From contig NC_086097.1 in the NCBI RefSeq assembly GCF_963921235.1, forward strand, positions 193,132,001-193,196,000: a stretch of 64,000 bases of DNA, written 5' to 3'. The position numbers and the translations under genes were made by a program. Positions within the stretch are counted from its first letter, which is position 1. Each line of letters begins with the position of its first letter. The notes beneath the pieces are model-generated. The model was given only the letters and a program-made list of their open reading frames with translations, searched no databases and was not told where the DNA came from. This DNA comes from Mobula hypostoma (taxonomy: Eukaryota). Shown piece after piece: positions 54,624 through 64,000 of this stretch.

Positions 54624-54988
54624 TGTCATCGTGTATTACTACATATAAGAAAAATCCTCCTCCAGTCCCACCACGGACCACAATTAAACCATTCATCTCA
54701 ATCACTGCACAGAGCAGCACAGAATCTGCGCAGGATGCATATTTGGATGGACATACCCAGAGGGGTGATCTAAACAGCCAGTCAGGATTAAGTAACTCCA
54801 CAGAAAGTTTGGATAGTGTCAAAGCCTTAACTGCCGCTATCGAAGCTGCAAATGCACAGGTTCATGGACCATCTAACAGTCAACAGTACATTGACAACAC
54901 ACCAGCAAATGACAAGGGAATCCAGCCAGCGGAGGAACTGAAAGGAGATGTGTTGAGGAAAAGCAAATGTTCTTCTGTTGGAATACAG
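54624..54988 (+). CDS. DLGAP1: Internal coding exon of Disks large-associated protein 1 (GKAP/SAPAP1)
   Basis: Pyrimidine tract and CAG acceptor (AG 54622-54623), CAG|GTGAGT donor at 54989. Encodes (V)SSCITTYKKNPPPVPPRTTIKPFISITAQSSTESAQDAY...SGLSNSTESLDSVKALTAAIEAANAQVHGP...KCSSVGIQ, matching my recollection of vertebrate DLGAP1. Phase 1 in, phase 0 out. Confidence 0.93.
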
Positions 54989-55721
54989 GTGAGTGCCTTT
55001 TTGTACTTGTATTAATGACAGTGTAGATAATGTTACTTTTAAATGGATTAGCATTAAAACAATAAAGAGAAGAATTTAAATATAAGTATCTTGAAGGATT
55101 CTTTATGATGCTAATAATGAGAATAACATCCAACTTAATTATGTCAACTGCCTTAATTTGTGAGCTACAACTATATTTGAAGTGACTTCAGGTCAACTTG
55201 GGTTGTACCTCAGAGTTTCCTCATTAGCCTCTATCGCAGAAGCCCCCAGGAATGAAAAGCATGCTTGCATTATTACATCCCATTAATATCAGTTGTGACT
55301 CCAAGGCACATAAAATAAATAAATTGTTGTGATTTCTGAAAACTTCAGGGTTCTGTTGTGAGGTATTTTTTTTCTTCAAGTTGGGCTCTTGTTTATTAAC
55401 ACTCTTTCATTCTTCCTATTTATTAGAACACTGGAAGCCACAAACTATGATTGATTGACCCAAGGCCGAATGCATTTTACAATGTATATAACAGCTTCAA
55501 AGCAACCTAATTTCTAGAGTTTTGATGCCCAGAAGACTATGAAGATCTCTTGCTTTACATTAGAGTAGAATGAGCTGTGTCACACTTAGAAAATAACAGT
55601 AAAAAGCTTCACTATGAAAATGCCTTTGCTAGTTGTGAGGTTATGATTAGAAGGCCCCAGTTTTAATCTAATCCACCAATTAGAAATGAAGTGTGCTTAA
55701 AATGTATGCCCAATTTAAATT

Positions 55722-56570
55722 TAGACAGATTAGGAGAATGATCAAGAAAGTGGCAAATAAAATACAATGTTGGAAAATGCATGGTCTTGCACTTTGGTAG
55801 AAGAAATAAATGTGAAGATTATTTTCTAACTGGGGAGAAAGTTGAAAAATCTGAGATGCAAAGGGGCTTGGCAGTCCTTGTGCAGAACACTCTGAAGATT
55901 AACTTGCAGGTAGAGTCGACGGTGAGGAAGGCAAATGCAATGTTAGCATTCATTTCAAGAGGTCTAGAATACAAGAGCATGGATGTGATGCTGAGGCTTT
56001 ATAAGGCACTGGTGAGGCCTCACTATGAGTATTGTGAATAGTTTTGGGCTCTTCATCTAAGAAAAGATGTGTTGTCTTTGAGAGGTTTAAGAGGATGTTC
56101 ACAAGGATGATTCCGGGAATGATAGGGTTATCATACGAGGAACATTTGATTGTTCTGGGTCTGTACTTGCTGGAATTTAGAAGGGTTGGGGAAATCTCAT
56201 TTAAACCTTTCAAATGTTGAAAGGCCTAGACAGAATATATGTGGAAATGATGTTTCCCATGGTGGGGGAGTCTAGGACAAGAGGGCACAGCCTCAGGATA
56301 GAGGAGTGTCCATTTAAAACAGAGATGCAGAGAACTTTCTTTAGCCAGAGGGTGGTGAATTTGTGGAATTTGTTACCACAGGCAGCTGTGGTGGCCAGGT
56401 TGTTGGGTGTATTTAAGGCAGAGCTTGATAGTTTTTTAATTGGACATAGTATCAAAAGTTCTGAGGAGAGTGGGGCCGAAGAAGGAAAAAAAGGATCAGC
56501 CATGATTAAATGGCAGAGTAGACTGGATGGGACAAATGGCTGAATTCTATTCCTATGTCTTATGGTCTTG
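55722..56570 (+). mobile_element. CR1-type LINE 3' fragment
   Basis: RKANAMLAFISRGLEYKS..LYKALVRPHYEYC and ESRTRGHSL..FFSQRVVNLWN. Confidence 0.85.
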
Positions 56571-57584
56571 TGATCTAATTTATAACCTACCCATCTGTGT
56601 GATCGCATTAGCTCAGTTTACCATATAATCAGATAGCATGGATTCTGAACTCATCCTATTCCAAATTGAATGGGTTATATTAAAATTGGGGCCAATGCTT
56701 TGCCAATAAAATGACATTGACCTGCTATACAATGCTGATGTTGGTCAGCCTACCCTGTCAATTGTTTTATAGGATTTTAAAGAAAGCAATACAGAGTACT
56801 ACATCAATGCTTTGGAGCCTGTTATAGACTATCCACAACTCTCAAGCTCAGAGAAGCTGCATAGTATATGCTATGAGTTTGGTGCTGGGTTTAAAGCTTT
56901 TCCTCAGACAGCCAAAATCTAAGCTGATGCATTGGCAAAATTCATTGTCAATGGCCACATTTAATGGGAGGTGGCTTCTGAGAAAAGGAGACAGCTCGCT
57001 AGAGGACTATTATTTTCCAGACATCTACTGTTTCGCATGCTTCAGTGAAGTAGTCGGCAATAACCTGGAGCTCAGTTTTTGAGTGTGCACATGGGAAGAA
57101 TCATCTGTGTGTCATAAATTGATGACTGAGATTAGAAGTGAGATCAGGGCCTTCTCGGCCCAATACATGGACTGTTTATTCATTTCCATAGATGCTGCCT
57201 GACCTGCTAAGTTCCTTCAGTAGTTTGCATGCGTTGCTTTGGATTTCCAGCTTCCGCACAATTTCGCATGTTATTGAGTGATAATAAGTTTCTGAGAACT
57301 AAATAAATTTCTCAGTCATTGGAGTGAAAAGCTTTTTGAAAGAGAGCTTTTCAGTTGTTGATTATGGTCATCCTGTGGGACTCCTGCTAGGCAGAGTCCA
57401 CATGGTGACTCTGGTAGGAGCTCTCTTCAGCTGGGAAGGGGTAGTTGAGAACTTTTGCTTGGCTCTAAATTGGCAGCAGGGACCCTCTAATCTATCTTCT
57501 CCAATTGAATTTGTCTCCTTTCTTGAACATGATCACCCCACTCTTCCTCCACCCTCCTCCTCCCCCTCAACCCCCCCCCACTAT

Positions 57585-57845
57585 CACGGTGCGCAATGCT
57601 TTACAATACATGCAACCTGGGTTGAATTCCCACTGCTGACTGAAAGGAGTAGATTTCCTCCGGGTGCTCCAGTTTCTTCCCACGTGCCAAAGACATACTA
57701 GTTGGTAGGTTATTGTAAATTGTAAATTTACATTGTAAATGTAAATCATTGTAAATTGTCCCATGATTAGGCTAGGATTACATCCGGGGATTGCTGTGAG
57801 GTGCATTCGAAGGGCCTATTCCAAACTGTATCTTAATAAATAAAT
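57585..57845 (+). mobile_element. HE1/V-SINE-like SINE
   Basis: tttcctccgggtgctccagtttcttcccac V-domain-like segment and (aata)n tail. Confidence 0.65.
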
Positions 57846-58034
57846 TAATCATTAAGTCTCGGCCTGAAGCTTAGCATGGACTCACCAGACCTTCTCCAAA
57901 AAACCTGAGTAAAGGTTTCAGTCACTCAAAGGAATGAGAAAATACAGGTTAGATGACTCACCCATTCACAGCCAGTCATGCAGAAAATCTAGCCTTTACG
58001 CAGTTGGGATATTAAATCTGTGTTTATATAAGAT

Positions 58035-58730
58035 AGCAACACACATCAAAGTTGCTGGTGAATGCAGCAGGCCAGGCAGCATCTCTAGGAAGAGGTACAG
58101 TCGACATTTCGGGCCGAGACCCTTCGTCAGGACTAACTGAAGGAAGAGTTAGTACGAGATTTGAAAGTAGGAAGGGGAGGGGGAGATCCAAAATGATAGG
58201 AGAAGACAGGAGGGGGAGGGATGGAGCCAAGAGCTGGACAGGTGATTGACAAAAGGAATATGAGAGGATCATGGGACAGGAGGCCCAGGGAGAAGGAAAA
58301 GGGGGAGGGGGGGAAAAACCCAGAGGATGGGCAAGGGGTATAGTCAGAGGGACAGAGGGAGAAAAAGGAGAGAGAGAGAGAGAAAGAATGTGTATATATA
58401 AATAAATAACAGATGGGGTACGAGGGAGAGGTGGGGCATTAGCGGAAGTTAGAGAAGTCAATGTTCATGCCATCAGGTTGGAGGCTACCCAGACGGAATA
58501 TAAGGTGTTGTTCCTCCAACCTAAGTGTGGCTTCATCTTTACAGTAGAGGAGGCCGTGGATAGACATATCAGAATGGGAATGGGATGTGGAATTAAAATG
58601 TGTGGCCACTGGGAGATCCTGCTTTCTCTGGCGGACAGAGCGTAGGTGTTCAGCGAAACGATCTCCCAGTCTGTGTCGGATCTCGCCATATCGGGAGCAC
58701 CGGACGCAGTATATCACCCCAACTGACTCA
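58035..58730 (-). mobile_element. Solo 5'-truncated Penelope-like fragment with hammerhead motif (58098-58135)
   Basis: ORF 58439-58717 is the GIY-YIG C-terminus and the 3' UTR matches the large element. No TSD seen. Confidence 0.85.
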
Positions 58731-60124
58731 ATTGTTTCCAGTAGAGAAATATACTATATTGATGTAAAACATACTGATAAATTTACTCCATGTTTAAATA
58801 TAAATCATGGAAATTTTAGCATTCCTCGTGTTTGCATAGAAGGGAACTGTTTAGACAAGCACAAGAGATTTTGCAGATGCTGAAAATCCAGAGCAACATG
58901 CACGAAATCAGGGTCTCAGCCTGAAATGTCGACTGTTTGTTCCTATCCCTGTTACCTGATCTGCTGAGTTCCTCCAACTCTTTAGGTAATACAGCTTCTA
59001 CGAAGTTCTGATGTATCTATTCTCACTTTGTAGACATCATTGATTTTCATTGAAAGCTTAAAGATAGGCATTCTTAAACTACTCCAGATTATATATTAAA
59101 ACTGTAAATTGGGATGTTCTCAAGATTTTGCTTTCATACCAACTCTTCAACCAAGTCTTTGAAGTCTAATCCATTTCTCTTGTTCGTTCTTCACAGTTAT
59201 AATATTTAAATTATATTCTTGAGTCAATAGCAGAGTGATTTCCGGCTTGTCACGATGCATCACTTATAAACTCTAGCATTTGAATCACACTACCTAGAAA
59301 ACACATTAACTGAAAAGTCCTGCCACTATTTTTGTATTAATTCAATCCTTTTGTCTGAGATGTGGATTTGCTTACGTAGATAATGTGAACGTAGCCATGA
59401 CTTTGCATGATCAGTGACCAAGGAGATGTTTGGAAATGCTAAGTGAGGTCTACTAACACATTGTAAGTTCTGTCATGTGTTCACTTAAATAGACCTTGAA
59501 CAATCTGAAATATTACATCACCACAGCAAGCTTTTGGCTGTCTGGATATTTTAGAATGACTTCAAATCTCCATGTACACAATCCTGGATTCGTTCCAAGG
59601 CAGTTGTATGTGAATAAACTCATAATCATTCAGGATGTTTATTTGCAGTTGATTCCTTACAAGTTTATGTTTTCCTGAATTAGCAAATGTTAACCTAAAG
59701 CTAACCACAGAATGTGTTCCTAATCAGTTTTACACCTTACATATATGCAGCATAATTGTTGCATTGTTAGCCAAGGATCAAAGTGACAAATTCAACCTAG
59801 TTTTCACGTACTACCTTTAATTTGCGAGAATCATTTTTACTATTATATTACAACTACAAAGGTGAGCATGTACAGTTTTGAAATCCATGCTTTGAACCAA
59901 TGTAATCTGTACTAATTTCAACTGTATGTTAAGGTACGTAATGCATTTGTTTGCTTGTAAGTTGGTATCGTTGCAACACTTTCTGCCTTGTTTCTAACCA
60001 ATGCAAAGCACTTTTTTCCTGAAATATGTCATGTTTTTGTGACTAAATTGCACTATTTTCTTAAGTGCAGGTTTAACAGAATTGGAATAACAGACAGCAT
60101 TCTCTTTTTATCTTCTTCTTCTAG

Positions 60125-60210
60125 GTTGATGGTCCAGAACACATGGCTTTAGCAGATACACATACAAACAAATTTCAGTCAGTAGGAATTCAAGTGGAGA
60201 CAGAGAAGTG
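60125..60210 (+). CDS. DLGAP1: Next DLGAP1 coding exon (86 nt)
   Basis: Acceptor tctctttttatcttcttcttctAG and donor TG|GTAAGT. In phase 0 it reads VDGPEHMALADTHTNKFQSVGIQVETEK, comparable to DLGAP1 VDDAEE...KFQSVGVQVEEEKC, and is phase-compatible with the previous exon. Confidence 0.9.
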
Positions 60211-60498
60211 GTAAGTCAGTTTCTGTGATGCTTCACACAACTTAATTCACATATTGCAAATCAGACGTCTTGTTTACATAATGAACCTCTGGATTTCAAT
60301 GCTCCTTGATAGCTCTGGGTACTGTTCAGTTATAGCTATGGATAAGCAAAGTCATTTGCTGCATCACTTCCCATCCATCTGGGAAAATACAGTTCTGTGG
60401 TATATTTTGCTAGGATACCTAAGACTTTTGTACTGTATTGTAGTAATTTTATGTATTGCACTGTGCTGCTACCGCAAACAAAAAAAAACAAATTATCT

Positions 60499-60597
60499 AG
60501 CAACACACATCAAAGTTGCTGGTGAATACAGCAGGCCAGGCAGCATCTCTAGGAAGAGGCACTGTCAACGTTTTGGGCCGAGACCCCTCGTCAGGAC
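60499..60597 (-). mobile_element. Short Penelope 3'-end fragment
   Basis: agcaacacacatcaaagttgctgg...cccctcgtcaggac; ends at the 5' edge of the hammerhead motif. Confidence 0.72.
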
Positions 60598-61199
60598 ATT
60601 TTGTGGAATTCGACAGAAGAAAGTGAAGTTAAATGTGATTGAAAGTAAATTGGATGTATTGAAACAGGGGAAAAGTTTTCTACTAATGCCACTGTTTAAT
60701 TAGTTTTATAAGTATTTTACCAGATACCAGATGAACTATAATACACTGCAGCATATTTGGTGTATGTTTGACCACTTAATAGAAAAGGTGAACAAAAATA
60801 TTAACTGCATAATTGCTCTTTTCCTCTTGATTATCTCATCTTACTCAATCTTCTAATATTAATACAGCAGTTTAATTATTCTATTTTAATATTTTTTATT
60901 TGAAACAGACAATATAAAATCACATCTTCAATCTAAAAAAAATCAGCTACATGCTGGAAGAACTAATTCTGGCTATTTTTTCAAAAATAGACTTTATTCA
61001 TGATTTTAGTAGTATATAAACAGTGTTTGTGTGTGTACATATATATCCACATTGTCCAGCACGTTTGATCCATCCACAAGCAGCAAGGTGACCAAACATG
61101 CTATTTTAATACCAATCCCCATTTCCAGTCCGACACGCTGGTACATGACCTCCACTACTGCAAAGATGAGGCACTGTCTGGTACGTACGTGTACACATG

Positions 61200-61247
<48 letters not shown>
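61200..61247. repeat. (TA)n(CA)n microsatellite
   Basis: Directly visible dinucleotide run. Confidence 0.95.
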
Positions 61248-61250
<3 letters not shown>

Positions 61251-61540
61251 CAGAGTAATAATTTTACATTTGTGCTTGGTGCATTCAGTAGTGTGAACTT
61301 TTAAAGAAAGACCACAAATACTCACAGCACCATTGCCCCTCTCATGCTTCCTGAGGTGAGAACACTTTTATTGTTCGAGGGACTTCCCCATGCAGCCTTC
61401 CCCTCCATATGTAGGACCAGAAGGAGCCTAGACAGTGATCTTTCCCCACAAAATCTTAGCACTGATTGCACCAAGCCTCAGTGCACTCCTCAGCACATAC
61501 TCATGCAGCCTGGACTGAGCCTCTCCGCACCATTGTCTTA

Positions 61541-61760
61541 CAGCCTTTTTTATGCCATGGACCAACACCTTTAAGCAAGGGGTCCGTGGACATCAGGACT
61601 GCAGTCCTGATGAAGGGTCTTGGCCTGAAACCTCGACTGCTTACTCTTTTCCATAGACGCTGCCTGGCCTGCTGAGTTCCTACAGCATTTTTGTGTGTGT
61701 TGCTTGGATTTCCAGCATCTGCAGATTTTCTCTTGTTTGTGATCGGGTTGGGGACCCCTG
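61541..61760. mobile_element. MITE-like remnant interrupted by a Penelope 3' end (61591-~61743) with a short inverted centre
   Basis: ccttttttatgccatggacc...ggggtccgtgga and gggttggggacccctg flank catcaggact-gc-agtcctgatgaagggtcttggcctgaaac. Confidence 0.55.
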
Positions 61761-62799
61761 CTTTATAGATATCATGCTGTGCTGGGAGAACAAGTTTAGG
61801 ACAGACCAAAGAGCATCCTTCCCTAAGTTAATGACCTTCCAGCAGCACTCGATATCTGTCTCGCTGTGAGACTCTGGGAACAGCCCTAGATCAGAGAGTC
61901 CTTTGTCATGCAGCTGCTAGGGATAAACTGTGAGGTAGACACTTGCATCTGTCACCTCATTCTTGTAAATCCACAGTCTGCAAAGAGGTGGGTCTTCTTT
62001 GGGTCTTCTTTCAGTCTCTTCCCCACCGCAGCCACTGTCCTGAGGACAGCATATATTGGGGGTGATAAACGATCTTCAGAGGAAGGCACTAAATTGAAGG
62101 GCACCTCTCATCACCAGGCAAGCAAGGCCTTGGTGCCTTTTGGCCAGATCTAGTGATGAGACATTCTCAGATGGTTTGGACCATTTGCTCAGGGAACAAA
62201 CCCACAGTCTCTATCCCGCAGTGTCTGCAGGACAATACATACTGATCATACCTGAAGAAGTAGTGGTCAAAGGTGTTCATTCATAAGAATTCTTCCACAA
62301 ATGACAGGTAGTCAGGCAGCATCTATGGATGGAAAGGAACAGTCATCATTTCAGGCCAAGACCTTTCATCAGAACTGGAAAGGAAGATGGCAGAAACCAG
62401 AGTAAAAAGGGGGACAAATTGGCAGGTAATAGGTGGAATAATTCATATTCGGCAGTGAAATAGGTCTCCAATTTCAGCTGTAGTCCCTCTCCCTCTTCTG
62501 TTTGTTAATGTGAGTGACGATGCCCTTCCTCATGGAGACTGGCATTTTGCCATCCCGTTCCATAGGGTGGCATACAACTCTGCCAGTAGACTGTCACTTC
62601 AGGGGGTTCTATTCTTGCTGAGTGAGTGGATGAGCTCGTCAGCTCCTCCAGGTACAGTGGCTGATCTAGATTCTCCTGCTTACTATTATCCAGGATTTCT
62701 GTGTTAGAGGAAAGCAGGCTGTGCTCTTGCTGTAATATAGATTGACATAAGAGGATCTGGAGAACCTCAGTACATCTGTCTGTGAGGATGTTACTGAAC

Positions 62800-63900
62800 C
62801 GACCTCTTCCTTAAGATGTCAACTTGTGATACTTTTGGAAGAACAAACATCAGCATATCTCATCCTTTCCCACAAAATGGATCCTGAATTTGAAGATGAC
62901 CTTGGAGGATTCAGAAGCAGTGAGCACAGTTTGCTAGCTCTTCACCTCTCAGAGTTCCCCTCTCAGTTACCCCCATGCCCTGGCCTCTAGATGGCAGAAC
63001 AAGTTAATGCAGGTCTGTCTGGAGTGGGTGCAATTCTCTCTGACTGTGACTTGCTTTCTACAACTTTTGAGAATAAGAAACCTCTTAATGTTCTCTTTGG
63101 TTGCTTCTCACCAGTGAATCGGGAATTTTCCAACCAACCTTTTAGTTCCTCAATATCCTCCAGTCAGCAGCTTGACAGTCCCCTGCCTTCTGGTCCTCCA
63201 AAAGATTACAGGAGGCTCAAAGGTGGGAATGATCAGTGAAGAACACTGGCATGACATCAGTGGATCTGGCCATATGAAGAGGAAGTCTATCCGGGACTGT
63301 ACGGAACTGACTGTTCTAGGCCAAGTGCGTTGCAGTTGGGTTCCGCCTACACTGGTGCTGAAAGCATCTCCAACTATTTCCATCAGGAGTCTTGAGCTGC
63401 TGCCCAATCTCCTGTCAGCACTGCCAGGTTGTCCATTACATCAAGGATGTGGTTGAAGTCTCCAGCCAGAACTATTGGGAGGGACATTGCCAGCTTCAGT
63501 GGGAGCTGCTGGAGGACAACTAGCGTTTCACTCAGAACATTTGAGGTGCACGTATCAATTAGCTGGAGTGAAGTGTTACGGTATTTTACCTCAGCCTCTA
63601 GGAGCCGCTGCACACCTCCACTCACCACTACTTTGAATTCATTGATCTAGAAGTTGCCGTCCCCCAGCAGAATCCCCAGGCTGCATCCTCTACTAATGTT
63701 TCCACTACCACTACATAGACAAAGTCCCTGCAACCACCATCACAACCATCTCCAATAAATGTGAAGGTGTGGCAGCCCATACACCTGTTTCAAAAAAATA
63801 CTAAAATGTCCAGTATTAATGCCTTGGAATACCTGACCAAGGGATAATCTGCCTTTCCCTAGGTCAGGTATTGCAAGACATTAATACTAGACATTTTTAG
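62800..63900 (-). mobile_element. Decayed L1/Tx1-like LINE endonuclease region
   Basis: LPIVLAGDFNHILD and SRIDFLFI, motifs of the APE-type endonuclease. Confidence 0.6.
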
Positions 63901-64000
63901 AGATGCCAGTTTTATTTCCATAGTTACTGGAGTTCAGGGTTCACAAATACAGTCCTTTGACAATCAGCCTGAGCCCACATGCCCACAGCCTTAGTGAAAT

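Noticed and set aside
54989..55015. ORF extension VSAFLYLY
   Set aside because: Read-through past a consensus donor; DLGAP1 similarity continues in the next exon.
60061..60124. Upstream alternative acceptor (tgcag at 60066-60070)
   Set aside because: Gives GTT TAA, an immediate in-frame stop.
1..64000. CRISPR array, rRNA or prokaryotic operon
   Set aside because: No repeat-spacer array or rRNA motifs; the sequence is a repeat-rich vertebrate intron.

Overview
Vertebrate genomic DNA, most likely a cartilaginous fish (inferred from HE1/V-SINE-like SINEs and abundant CR1, Rex/Babar and Neptune-type Penelope repeats). The window is almost entirely intronic sequence of a + strand DLGAP1 (GKAP/SAPAP1) gene. 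It has two clear coding exons (54624-54988, 60125-60210) and a candidate 30-nt microexon (36125-36154). The rest is decayed CR1, Rex/Babar, RTE and Tx1-like LINEs, tRNA-derived SINEs, and Tc1- and Tigger-like DNA transposons. The most striking structure is a family of Penelope-like (RT + GIY-YIG) retroelements that repeatedly insert as palindromes: two 5'-truncated copies joined at their truncated ends, with 3' ends outward. These occur at about 0.2, 0.2, 1.0 and 3.65 kb, each bounded by a single 12-15 bp target-site duplication. The element's 3' region carries a minimal type-I hammerhead ribozyme, and two copies are truncated at the predicted self-cleavage site. All family assignments are by motif recognition; no database search was run. 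Boundaries of decayed repeats are approximate.
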